The notes beneath the pieces are model-generated. The model saw nothing but the letters and a program-made list of their open reading frames with translations, had not been told where the DNA came from and searched no databases. A stretch of DNA of 64,000 bases. It comes from Antedon mediterranea. Its lineage: Eukaryota; Animalia; Echinodermata. The DNA is taken from contig NC_092671.1 of NCBI RefSeq assembly GCF_964355755.1, forward strand, positions 37,644,304 to 37,708,303, in the 5' to 3' direction. Positions 48,840 through 62,264 of the stretch are shown one piece after another (within the stretch, counting starts at the first letter, position 1; each line of letters starts with the position of its first letter). A program made the position numbers and the translations under genes.

Positions 48840-49001
48840 AGCTCTGTCTACACTATCAAACTTGTTCGTCAAAAAAAGTGTGCTGTGCCCAAATATGGTA
48901 GTGGTATGTCCAAATATGGTGGTGATATGACATCATCACATCCATATATGGACACATCAAATTTTTTGTCACATAAAGTTTGATAAAGTATAGACAAGGC
49001 T
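48840..49001. mobile_element. MITE family A copy
   Basis: TIRs with TTA/TTA TSD. Confidence 0.8.
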
Positions 49002-49092
49002 TTACATTCTCACTTCTGTGTACGTTAGTTTAGAATAACATTCAATATCAATATTTTACAGCATATAACAACAAATTTGTAAACAAGGTTAA

Positions 49093-49533
49093 AGATGTCT
49101 TGTCTCCCTGAAAAAACAATTCTTAAAATTGTTTTGGTTGAATATGACAGTTTTATACTTTTGCTTTTCCGCTACTCTCCTGTTATACTTATATGTTTGT
49201 TTTTTAGCTATGTAGAAAGATTGAAAATAAATAAATAAATAAATAAATATGCCATTATAATGTCACATATAGTAATCATCTTTGACCAAAAATTGGATCG
49301 AAAAAAAAAAAAGGATTTAACTGAAAAACCTGTACTTTAAAAAAAAAAGGTAAAATTGGCTGCCAGCCAATTTTTTTTTTTTAATTGGTCATTTATAAGT
49401 CAAAAAATTTTTTCCCTGTTTCTTTCTACAAAAGTGATTAGCTTTATCAAACTACTGTACAAAATAACCTATTCAAAGTCTAATTTAATTAATCTTCATT
49501 TTTCATGATTTTTAGGGACAATACAGTACATCT
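49093..49533. mobile_element. TTAA-target (Kolobok-like) element
   Basis: TTAA|AGATGTCTTGTC...GACAATACAGTACATCT|TTAA. Confidence 0.7.
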
Positions 49534-51112
49534 TTAAATATTAATATGTATTTAAAAAAAAACAACATTTATTGTGAATACTTTAATTAATTCAATCGAC
49601 GTACTTCTGAGAAATTCATTTATGTATCAATGGCGGATGGTATTGTTTAGTGATATTCCATACTGTACGTTGGTAAATACCAAACTCAATATGGATTTAC
49701 AGAATACAATGGCAGGCCATATTAAATACAGATTTGTAAATGAATCTCAGTCAATAGTTAGTATAACTAGAACAGTATTAGTATAACCGACAAACCTATT
49801 CTATGGTCCTGTATCTGATTGGAAAAAAAGATAACCGGTTACTACATGTAAAAGAATCAGCCCCATTTTCTTCGGTGCAGAAACAAGACAAATTTTATGG
49901 TTAAATGGCAGCCTAAAAATAACAGTTAAAAACACCAATTGATTCGTTGTTGGAACGCCATTTAACTGGTTATCGCTGCGCAACTTTTAGTTGCAATGCA
50001 AAATAACGGTTATTTGATTGACAGCTGTAGTATCTTAAACATTTGACTGTCATATTGCATCTTGAGTAATTTTAAGGTTTTTAGTTAACGACCAACCACA
50101 AATTTAAACGATTTATTTGGTAGAAGAAGTTGAGCAGAAATATGTCTGCCTAAACATTTGTTTGTTGAAATAAACGGTTTATTCGGCGGTATACAGCAGA
50201 ACGAGCCCTTCTCTCTAAACAGACCAGTCTGTTTCGTGCATAGTTTACCTGGATAAACCAACAATAGCCCATGCTCTCCAGAGGGAGGCCAAATATCTAG
50301 TTTCCAGAGTGTTTTCAGGGTTTCTAGTTTTAAGGAGTCTAGTCTTTAGGCAATGTCTGGTTTTGGCAGAGTCCTCATGTTTTGTCGATTGACTTGTTTT
50401 TGTAGATGGTAACTAAAATATAAACAGTGATTTGCTCCATTTTGTTATCTTTAACTAATTGACTAATTTGGTCAGGTGTAGTAATCTCAAATCTAAATTA
50501 AAGCTGTTACTGTTAATTGGATTCTCAAGAATGTTTATGTTACAACACGCTGTTAACAAAGTTGAAAATAAACAAAATGTACGCCGAGAATTCATTGGTT
50601 CTTCAGTAACTCTGGAATTAGAACTAGGATTTACATTGGCATGTTAAAGATTAATCAAAGATAAGTACACTTTGTAGTATGTTTTTGTTACTAGCATTTA
50701 AAGTACTGTTCTTTTAGAATTCTGCACAGAGTAGATAATGCAGAGTAACAGTACAGGACTTTTTTTTAACGTCAATTTCTCATAAATTGTTTATAACTCG
50801 GATTTTCTGAATATGAAAAAGATATTAGTTGAAACTAAGGTAAGTTTGATACATACAACTCTTGTTAATGTTACTGTTCTTTTAGCCGTCTTCTCGTGAA
50901 GACACATGGCCGTCATTGACGGATACTTAGTATCAGTTCACTTCACTGCTGGTGTACTCAAGATCTACGTTTATACCCTGCTATACACTTATTATTGATT
51001 TATATAACATTGAGAATAAGAGCTACGTTACTTGTATTAAAATATTTAAATTGTACTAGTAATCAAGCTGACCTAGGGTGGGTCACAAGTGATTTTCCAA
51101 ATTCAAGTTTAA

Positions 51113-54100
51113 CTAGACATGTAACTCGTCACTTTGACGAGTTAGTTATCCGCACGACAAACGCCACGTGCTCGTCATACGTTGGAATATTCCACACAGA
51201 AAAACATTATGGCATTATGACCTGAACTGATGAATATGATAATAGTTGTTAGTGCTGAATTCTGTCAATTTTGTGTCATATAGTATATAGTACAAACAGT
51301 ATAATCTGTATATATATTATATACAGTGTAGAATAGGTGAAATTACGGGACCCGCCATTTATTTCAATTTTTAACATGGAGACGGTATCAAAATGAAACA
51401 CTAAGGTAGCAATTTCGGAAGGAAATTATCTCGGCAACAACATATTAATTTGTAGAAGAAATTAAAATACGTAAAATATTGATGCGCGCTCTTTTAAATG
51501 TAATGAATTATGATGCAAAAGATGAAAATACGACTTTTTTTATTTAACTGGCCATATGATGACGTCACAACATCCGATTGGCAACATTTTCACATGATTT
51601 CCTATGTGCAATCAAATAGCTTCTAGAAAACGTTTTAATCGTGATTATCAGATTTTATTCTTACGAGCTATAACAGATTAAAATTTACTGTAAAGATGAA
51701 ATTAATGCCACACGTAATTTAAATTTTTAGGCATGATGACGTCACAAAAATTAAAAAAAAGTTAATTCATGCGAAAGATAGTTGATTGACCTACACAATA
51801 TTAAAATCGGGGTGAAAATGATAAACGAATAAGTGGAGAAGCGCTCTATTAAATGTGATGAGCTATGAAGAAAGATACAAAAATCCTAAATTGTATATTC
51901 GCGTGGCCACACGATGACGTCACAATGTCCGATTAGCCATATTAATACATGATCCGATATCTACAACTCATCAACTTCCAGAAAATGTCATCCACAAAAA
52001 GTTGACCGTGCAGTTTAGAAATTACGACTGTTTAAAAAAAGGCATAATTTTTACGAATTTTTGAATTTTTCATCAAAAACGCGCGCAAATTGTCCAATTC
52101 GACGTGCTCGTATGACGTAACTTTAAGTCGAAATTGTTTAAAAGTTGGTAAAATTACTAGAAAAGGCTGGAAAAACATAAATCACGCGAAAAAAATATGT
52201 TTTCCACGCTACGTGCGCACCGCACACGTTAAAATTTGCGCACGCGTGGGAATTTTTGACATGCTTAAAATGACATGAAACGCGTAGAAAGTTGATTATA
52301 AATTAATTTTGCGCATTTTGAAATTTTAAATGCGCGTGCGCGCGTAACTTTGTGTAAAACACGCAATTTTTTTTCAACAGAAAGTTAGCGCATGATATAA
52401 ATTAAACTTTTGAAAAGTTTCAATTTAAAATGTTATTTGGTTTTTGACCTATGTTAAATACGAGAAAATCGTTAAATCGCGCGTAAGTCACGTTGCGCAA
52501 TTGTAAACATCCTGAAAAGCTTCGCTGCACAACTTCATATGAATGAAGATATGTTGAGAAAGTTACGAAATGTTATGTTCGCAAGTTTTACAGATACGGG
52601 TGACACAAAATTTACAGAAAGAAAGAAGACTAGACATGTAACTCGTCACTTTGACGAGTTTGGTTATCCGCCGCGCAAGTGGTGCAACATTAACATTAAG
52701 GGGATAGGTTGAGGACAAAAGGAAGTGTTCACGTTGGCATTATGACCTGAACTGAAGAATATGATCTGTTGTTATTGCTGAATTTTATTATTTAAATTCA
52801 TATATAGTATACACAGTATAATCTGTATCCATATCACATACAGTGTAGAATATGTGAACTTACGGGACCCGCTATTTATTGCAATTTTTAACATGTTGAC
52901 GGTTTTAAAATGAAACGGGAAGGTAGCAATTCCGAAAGGAAATTATCTCAGCAACAACGTATTAGCGTGTAGAAGAAATTTGAATACGTGAAATATTGAT
53001 GCGCGCTCTTTTAAATGTAATGAATTATGACGCAAAAGATGAAAATACGACCTTTTTTATTTAACTGGCCATATGATGACGTCACAACATCCGATTGGCA
53101 ACATTTTTACATAATTTCGTATCTACAATCCAATAGCTTCCAGAAAAAGTTTTAATCGTGATTATCAAATTTTATTCTTACGAGCTATAACAGATTAAAA
53201 TTTACTGTAAAGATGAAATTGATGCCACACGTGATTTAAATTTTTAGGCATGATGACGTCAAAAAAATTAAAATATTTTTAACTCATGCGAAAGATAGTT
53301 GATTGACCTAGACAATATCAAAATCGGGGTGAAAATGGAAAACGGATAAGTGGAGATGCGCTCTATTCAATGTGATGAGCTATGACGAAAGATACAAAAA
53401 TCCTAAATTTTATATTCGCGTGGCCATACGATGACGTCACAATGTCCGGTTAGCCATATTAATACCTGATCCAACATCTACAACTCATCTACTTCCAGAA
53501 TATGTCATCCACAAAAAGTTGACCGTCTAGTTTAGAAATTACGACTGTTTAAAAAAAGGCATATTTTAAACGAATTTTTTAACCTTTTCATAAAAAACGC
53601 GCGCAAATTGTCCAATTCGACGTGCTCGTATGACGTATCTTTAAGTCGAAATTGTTTAAAATTTAGTAAAATTACTAGAAAAGGCTGGAAAAACATAAAT
53701 CACGCGAAAAAAATACGTTTTCAATGCTACGTGCGCACCGCACACGTGAAAATGTGCGCACGCGTGGGAATTTTTGACATGCTTAAAACGACATGAAACG
53801 CGTAGAAAGTTGATTATAAATTAATTTTGCGCATTTTGAAATTTTAAATGCGCGTGCGCGCGTAACTTTTTGTAAAACACGCAATTTTTTTTCAACAGAA
53901 AGTTAGCGCATGATATAAATTAAACTTTTGCAAAGTTTCACTTTAAAATGTTATTTGGTTTTCGACATATGTTAAATACGAGAAAATCGTTAAATCGCGC
54001 GTACGTCACGTTGCGCAATTGTAAACATCATGAAAAGCTTCGCTTGACGACGTTACATAAATGTCAAAATGTTAACATAGTTCACAAAATGTTATGTTTG

Positions 54101-57100
54101 CAAGTTTTAGAGAAAAGCGTGCCACAAAAATCATACAGAAAGAAAGAAGAGAAATAACTAGACATGAAACTCGTCACTTTGACGAGTTAGTTATCCGCAC
54201 CACGACAAACGCCACGTGCACGTCATACGTTGGAATATTGCACACAGATAAAGATTATGGCATTATGACAAGAACTGAAGAATATGATATGCTGTTAGTG
54301 CTGAATTCTGTCAATTTTGTGTCATATAGTATATACATGCAAACAGTATAATCTGTATACATATTACATACAGTGTAGAATAGGTGAAATTACGGGACCC
54401 GCCATTTATTCCTATTTTTAACATGGCGACGGTATCAAAATGAAACACTTAGATAGCAATTTCAGAATGAAATTATCTTAGGAACAACATATTAACGTGT
54501 AGAAGAAATTTGAATACGTAAAATATAGATACGCACCCTTTTAAATGTGATGAACTATTACGCAAAATATGAAAATACAACTTTTTTTATTCAACTGGCC
54601 ATATGATGACGTCACAATCTGCGATTTGCAAAATTTTTACATGATTTCGTATCTACAATCCAATAGCTTCCAGAAAACGTTTTAATCGTGATTATCATAT
54701 TTTATTCTTACGAGCTATAACAGATTAAAATTTACTGTAAATATGAAATTAACGCCACACGTAATTTAAATTTTTAGGCATGATGACGTCATTCAAATTG
54801 AAATATTTTTAACTCATGCGAAAGATAGTTGATAGACCTATACAACATCAAAATCGGGGTGAAAATGGAAAACGCATAAGTGGAAATGCACTCTATTAAA
54901 TGTGATTAGCTATGACGAAAGATACAAAAATCCTAAATTTTATAATCGCGTGGCCACACGATGACGTCACAATGTCCGGTTAGCCACATTAATGTTTGAT
55001 CCGATATCTACAACTCATCAACTTCCAAAATATATCATCCACAAAAAGTTGACCGTGCAGTTTAGAAATTACGACTGGTTTAAAAAAGGCATAATTTTTA
55101 CGATTTTTTAAACTTTTTGATCAAAAACGCGCACAAATTATCCAATTCGACGTGCTCGTATGACGTAATTTTAAGTCGAAATTGTTTAAAAGTTAGTAAC
55201 ATTACTAGAAAAGGCTGAAAAAACATAAATCACGCGAAAAAAGTATGTTTTTAACGCTACATGCGCACCGCGCGCGTAAAAATTTGCGCACGCGTTGGAA
55301 TTTTTGACATGCTCAAAATGACAAGAAACGCGTAGAAAGTTGATTAAAAATTAATTTTGCGCATTTTAAAATTTTAAATGCGCGTGCGCGCGTAACTTTG
55401 TGTAAAACACGCAATTTTTTTTCAACAGAAAGTTAGCGCATGATATAAATTAAACTTTTGCAAAGTTTCAATTTAAAATGTTATTTGGTTTTTGACCTAT
55501 GTTAAATACGAGAAAATCGTTAAATCGCGCGTAAATCACGTTGCGCAAATCTAACGTCATTCACAATAGGAGGTGCACAATTTCACGTAAATGCCCACTT
55601 GTTGACAAAATTATAAAATGTTACGTTAGCACATTTTAGAGATACGTGAGACACAAAATTGACACAAAGAAAGAAAAACTAGACATGTAACTCGTCACTT
55701 TGACGAGTTAGTTATCCGCACGACAAACGCCACGTGCACGTCATACGTTGGAATATTCCACACAGAAAAAGATTATGGCATTATGACCTGAACTGATGAA
55801 TATGATATGTTGTTAGTGCTGAATTCTGTCAATTTTGTGTCATATAGTATATAGTACAAACAGTATAATCTGTATATATATTATATACAGTGTAGAATAG
55901 GTGAAATTACGGGACCCGCCATTTATTTCAATTTTTAACATGGAGACGGTATCAAAATGAAACACTAAGGTAGCAATTTCGGAAGGAAATTATCTCGGCA
56001 ACAACATATTAATGTGTAGAAGAAATTTAAATACGTAAAATATTGATGCGCGCTCTTTTAAATGTAATGAATTATGACGCAAAAGATGAAAATACGACTT
56101 TTTTTATTTAACTGGCCATATGATGACGTCACAACATCCGATTGGCAAAATTTTCACATGATTTCCTATCTACAATCAAATAGCTTCTAGAAAACGTTTT
56201 AATCGTGATTATCAGATTTTATTCTTACGAGCTATAACAGATTAAAATTTAATGTAAAGATGAAATTAATGCCACACGTAATTTAAATTTTTAGGCATGA
56301 TGACGTGACAAAAATTAAAAATATTTTAACTCATGCGAAAGATAGTTGATTGACCTACACAATATTAAAATCGGGGTGAAAATGGAAAACGAATAAGTGG
56401 AGAAGCGCTCTATTAAATGTGATGAGCTATGACGAAAGATACAAAAATCCTAAATTGTATATTCGCGTGGCCACACGATGACGTCACAATGTCCGGTTAG
56501 CCATATTAATACATGATCCGATATCTACAACTCATTATCTTCCAGAAAATGTCATCCACAAAAAGTTGACCGTGCAGTTTAGAAATTACGACTGTTTAAA
56601 AAAAGGCATAATTTTGACGAATTTTTGAACTTGTTCATCAAAAACGCGCCCAAATTGTCCAATTCGACGTGCTCGTATGACGTAACTTTAAGTCGAAATT
56701 GTTTAAAAGTTGGTAAAATTACTAGAAAAGGCTGGAAAAACATAAATCACGCGAAAAAATTATATTTTCAACGCTACGTGCGCACCGCACACGTAAAAAT
56801 TTGCGCACGCGTGGGAATTTTTGACATGCTTAAAATGACATGAAACGCGTAGAAAGTTGATTATAAATTAATTTTGCGCATTTTGAAATTTTAAATGCGC
56901 GTGCGCGCGTAACTTTGTGTAAAACACGCAATTTTTTTTCAACAGAAAGTTAGCGCATGATATAAATTAAACTTTTGATAAGTTTCAATTTAAAATGTTA
57001 TTTGGTTTTTGACCTATGTTAAATATGTGAAATTCATAAAATCGCGCGTAAGTCATGTTGCGCAACTCTGACATAATTCAAAAATAGGAGGTGCACAACT

Positions 57101-57634
57101 TCACGTGAATGCCCTCATGCTGACAAAGTTATAACATGTTATGTTCACAAGTTTTTGAGATACGCGAGACACAAAAATGGGGGAGAAGGAAAGAAAAAAA
57201 AAAAGTAACAGGACAGTTACAAGGAGTTATCCGCTCAATGCGGATAACTAATAAAGAAAAAAAAAAGATGATTTCATACAATTACAAGGAGTTATCCGCC
57301 TAGTGCGGATAACTAAAAAGTTGATGATGTTGATGATGATTTCGTACAATCACAAGAGGTTATCCTGCAACTTCGTTGCGGATAACCAAAAAAAAAAAGT
57401 AACAGGACAGTTACAAGGAGTTATCCGCTGAATGCGGATAACTAAAAAAAAAAGACACAGGACAGTTCCAAGGAGTTATCCGCTAAATGCGGATAACTAA
57501 AAAAGATGATGATTTCGTACAATCACAAGAGGTTATCCTGCAACTTCGTTGCGGATAACCAATAAAGAAAAAAAAGATGATGATGATTTCGTACAATCAC
57601 AAGGAGTTATCCTGCAACTTCGTTGCGGATAACT
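51113..57634 (-). mobile_element. Stack of non-autonomous Helentron/HINE (DINE-1-like) elements
   Basis: Four ~1.52-kb units (CTAG at 51113, 52630, 54158, 55679); minus-strand 3' end = GCGGATAACT + hairpin AACTCGTCA-AAG-TGACGAGTT + ACATGTCTAG; seven AGTTATCCGC..GCGGATAACT-type termini with (ATC)n/T tracts at 57205-57634; no TSD. Confidence 0.75.
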
Positions 57635-58174
57635 AATAATCTGGAATATTCAATTTTTGGGACTTTATCGGAACTAGTTACGTCATGTTAGTTGGGAACA
57701 GCTTCCTCACTTGATTCAATTTTTTTATTTTCCAGAAATTTCATATAATATTCATAATTTGTCCCTAATGTAGATTTCAACTGCAAATTATAACAAAGCT
57801 TAAATGAGTTTTAATGTCGCCATGAGTGCACTTTCAGTTGCTTCACGCTTCAGCGCTTTGTTCTGGCTGCTGATTGACAAATCCTAATAGTTTGCTGTGA
57901 TTCAAAATTTATAAGATTTATTTTTTTCATTTTTTTCTTCAATGTATTGATCTTGGAACTTGGTTACTTGAACTTATAATTGTAGTGAAAAATACATTTC
58001 GACCCAAATCACGATTCTTTTGTTTCCTCTTGTTAAATAACCTTTACCTCCATGTCTTTGACTCCTATTTTTGATTCTAAATATTTTGTTCTTTATTTTA
58101 TCTTTATAAATTATATTTATTTTAATTTTTATTGTTACATGTTTACTGTATGTCCCATCATATTATATTTTTGT

Positions 58175-58252
58175 GAGGGTCCCTAATGATCAGCTTCAGC
58201 TGGATGGACCAACCCTGTAAAATATTGTTTAAAAAAAATAAAAAAATAAAAA
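58175..58252 (+). mobile_element. LINE 3' tail fragment
   Basis: Shared with 14691-14765; A-rich end. Confidence 0.5.
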
Positions 58253-58804
58253 ATTCCAGTCTCTAAAAATGGCAGGCTCCCAAATCCAAAATTAAGAATT
58301 GTTTAGAAATGGTTGTTTTGTTTTTTATGTACTTTTAATTTTTTTATTTATGTCTGTTAATTGTTGATTGTGAATTGAAATAAAATATAAAAAAAATGTA
58401 TTAAAAAAAATGTTGAAAGTTTATTAAGTGCATTGAGAGACTTCTGCATAGGACTATCATTGATACAAACAAACTAGGAACACATGAGTTTATTACACTG
58501 CAGATGCAATAAACTGGAGTGATTTTGTACCTTTGAAATGCTTTCAAAGATTTTAGACATCTTAATGGTTTTGTTCACCTGACCTTAAATCATATTTTTA
58601 TTTGATTTATTAGCACGTTTTGTTGGCACTTAGCAGATTACATTTGAATAAAGTCTAAATAACAACAATATATATTATCTCACTTTTATCCAGTCAAGTG
58701 TGGATCAGCTTTTTCTCAGATTTGTCAGTGAATGGTATTATTACTTTTTGCTTTTATTTATGGACATTGTATTTAAAAGGTAAGGTATTAAAAACGAATA
58801 AAGC

Positions 58805-59140
58805 TTTAGAGATATATTTTTCCCCTGAAAAAAAATTCTTTTGTTGAATATACCGTTTTAATGTCCCATAATAGTTATCCACTTTATGACCAAAAATTGG
58901 ATTGGAAAAAAAATGTATTTACCTGAAAAAAATGTAATTTAAAGGGGAAAAAAATCAAATTGGTTGCCAGCCAATGGGTTTTTGGTTGAATTTAACCATT
59001 TATTTTGTCATTTTATACATGTAAGTGAAAACATTTTTTTTCCCTACAAAATTAACTTTATTAAAACTAAAAAATAACCTATTCAAAATCTGAATTAATT
59101 AATCTTCATTTGTCATGTTTTTGTCGTTGGACAATACATA
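58805..59140. mobile_element. TTAA-target (Kolobok-like) element copy, degenerate
   Basis: Homologous to 49093-49533. Confidence 0.6.
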
Positions 59141-60040
59141 AATTAAACAAATATTTTCTGTGTTTTTTTGTATGCAGTATATTATTTTATTTATTAGTAC
59201 CAATGATATCTATTTTCCAAATAATTTTTGCTAAGATGCTATGGAGGTCCTATTATTCCTCTACTGTATCACCTATACCATATTGGATATGGTAATTAAT
59301 GACATTGCAATGTTGATAACCTTTTAAGTATGTTGTAGCTGTCTCTTTTATCATGAACTGTAGTTTTAATTTGCCAGGATCTACTGTCAGCTGACTTCCA
59401 AGGCCCTATACAAATAAAGTACCACACACCTTAATAGGAATGTTGTTCAACTATCTATTTCTATGCTGGTATTTGAGTGCATACATAATCTCTTAACATT
59501 ACTAGTATGCCATTCTGTTGGATTAACAGTATAGAATGTCTTTAAAGATGAAATCTATGTCTACAATGTTTAGTAAGGTAAATTGTGAAACTTAATTTTA
59601 TAGAACAGATATATTTTCCGTCTTTTTAGGCTAGGGTACTATACTTTCAAGATGATGTATAGATTTATAGGCTGAACACATGCTAAAGACAGGACAGGGT
59701 TTGCAGTGTGAATTTTATCTAAGACCCCATTTACACTTCAGCTTTTAGCGAGCCCGAGGCCGGCTCGAGGCCGGCTCCGAGCCAAAAGTGCACAAGTGTA
59801 AACACTCTGGGAACAACCGAGCCGGCCTCGAGCCGGCTCAATTTTGAGCCTAGTCTAGAGTAGGCTTCGGGCCGGCAATTGCGGGCTTCGGGCCGGCACT
59901 TCGTATAGTGTAAACACTCGCGGTCATAAAATGAACGTTCTGGGTCAACTATAGTTTAAAGTTTACGAAACTTACCGCTGTACCGGAAATGCATGTATGT
60001 AAAATATAAACAAACCAAAACGCGCGAAGTTTCCACAAAA

Positions 60041-61429
60041 ATGGCCGAAAGACGAGGAGTAACGTGGGGGGAGGAAGAGGTCTTGGCATTGCTGGCAATA
60101 TGGGGGGAACAGAAGATACAAAGCCGGATGGATGGTAGTGTGAGGAATGCTACTATCTACCGCGACATCAGCGGTCGGTTAATTGCACAAGGCATTAATC
60201 GATCCGCTGAAACCGTAAAAAGAAAGTTGAAGGCCCTGCGTGCGTCGTACAAAAAGTGTGCCGACAACAATAAGCGCAGTGGTGCAGGGCGGAAGACCTG
60301 CAAGTATTTCGATGAATTATCTTCCATCTTAGGTGATAGGGCAGAAATACACCCACCGGCCCTACTCCAGTCAATGGAAGAGGGTATTAATGTTAATGAC
60401 GATGCCGGGGACGATGTATCATCTGAAGATGGAACTGTAAATAATGACACTTTTTCAGATTTCTCGTTTGAAACTGGAGGTATGCATTTTTCTATAAATT
60501 TACTAGGCCTAGGTCTGCATTTTATTGATTATAAAAAATAATAAAAATGAAATACTTATTTATAAAAATGCATCTGTTGATGGCTGGGCTTAAGCAATAA
60601 TAAGGGACACTGAGGACCTCTCTAACATAAGCTACAGACAGGGTAATATAGTTACTCATGTATGTATAAAGGACTATTGTTCACATCCCTTCTCTCCACA
60701 ATCTGTATTTATGATTTGTTGTACAAAAATGATTTCCTTTTTGATTAGATGGATTTCTGCACACTGAAGAGGATCAAAGTGAAAGTGGAGATGATGCACC
60801 ACCAGTTATCCATCCACCAATTGACGTTCCTGTTCCCCCAGCTGCTCCTGTTCCCGAAACTGCTCCTGTTCCCCCAGCTGCTCCTGTGCCCCCAGTTGCA
60901 CCACACCAAAAAGGTTTGTATTATTAATTAATGTTAATATTTATAATTACTGTAATCAATATAAATTATACATAATTAATAATATTTGATGTACTTTACA
61001 GCACAAAAAGAAAAAAAGCAAACAAAAAAGAAGAGTAAAGTGGAGCAGGCAATGACTTTTGTTACAAAGCAATTTGCTGAACAAGAGAGGGAAATGAGAA
61101 AGATGGAAAGAGACGAGAATGAACGGTTATGGCAGAAGCAGAAAGAATGGGAAAAGGAACAGATAGATGAAGCACAACGATTAGAAAGTATAAGGTTAGC
61201 TGAAAAACAAGAACGTGAAGAACGGTTAAGACTGCAAGAATTGGAGGTAAGGAGGAATGACAGGAGGGAAGAGCGAGAGCACGAACTGCGGATGATGCAG
61301 ATGCTTGGTCAGATGATTGGACAGCAACAGCCGGCGCACATACCTATGCCACATACATCAGGCTACCAACAGGCACATAATTACCAACCACAAGAAACAC
61401 ACTACCCTCCTAATTATGAAAATCTTTAA
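60041..61429 (+). CDS. Harbinger Myb/SANT-like (trihelix) DNA-binding protein, 3 exons, 343 aa
   Basis: Exons 60041-60479, 60749-60913, 61002-61429 in phase; WGEEEVLALLAIW..KLKALRASYKK..CKYFDEL; acidic/Pro linker; coiled-coil C-terminus. Confidence 0.88.
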
Positions 61430-62264
61430 AATCTTTGTAGCTGCTACTGCATGTGTATTAAACATTAGGTTTAGTTGTTATACTGTTTTTATTTATCTCT
61501 TAACTACAGACCTAAAATGCAATAATATGCTGATTACAATAACAATGTTCAAAGGATGTCATTTAACTTTTTAAGGAACTGCCACTTCATAAACAACTTT
61601 GTAAAAAACAGTACATAAAATAATAATATATCTTTAAAATTTAGATTAAGTTTTTAAAAAAAAATATAAACCTATAAGACTATATAATGCAATAATGTGC
61701 TAAGTTAATCATTCATAAAAAAAAAAATTAGATTAGTTTTTATACCGTTAACTTTATTTGTAATACAGTTTACCTCAGTTTTTATATAATTAACCTTGTT
61801 TATAATACAGTTTATCTATATTTAAATACAAATCTATGTATATAACTATGTTATGAAATAGTGTGCTATGGTTAATGTGTTGATCACATTAACACTATAT
61901 ATTTCACCAACTGCAACATGCGAGTGCAATACTGTACTATTACAGTATTAAAAACTATATCTTACTTTTTTTGTTAATATAATATACAAAACTATAAAAA
62001 GTATACAGTGATATCTTTCATCAGACATAAATGTTTATTTGGCAATATTACTGTAGCAGCAAAGTATTTGGTATATTTACTGTAGATATTTTATATAAAA
62101 TAGTGCATGTTATTAAGAATATTTACATTGTGTTTTGTAGTACAGTATTTAGAAATAAAAGATTTTGTCTTTCTCATTTCAAACAAACCTAGTATATAAA
62201 TTATAAACAACACATTAAAACTACTTTAAGATTGATAGCACAGTAGTATCATAAAGCAATTGTA

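Noticed and set aside
52090-56843. Repeated small ORFs (MSNSTCSYDV...) as a tandem gene family
   Set aside because: TTG starts, inside non-coding repeat units, stop codon in unit 3, no Rep/helicase similarity
57205-57634. CRISPR-like array of palindromic repeats
   Set aside because: Eukaryotic context, no cas genes, intervening sequences are repeated or low-complexity, and the repeats match the subterminal motif of the adjacent elements
60157-60450. Antisense ORF (and 63076-63411)
   Set aside because: Shadow frames of the Harbinger genes
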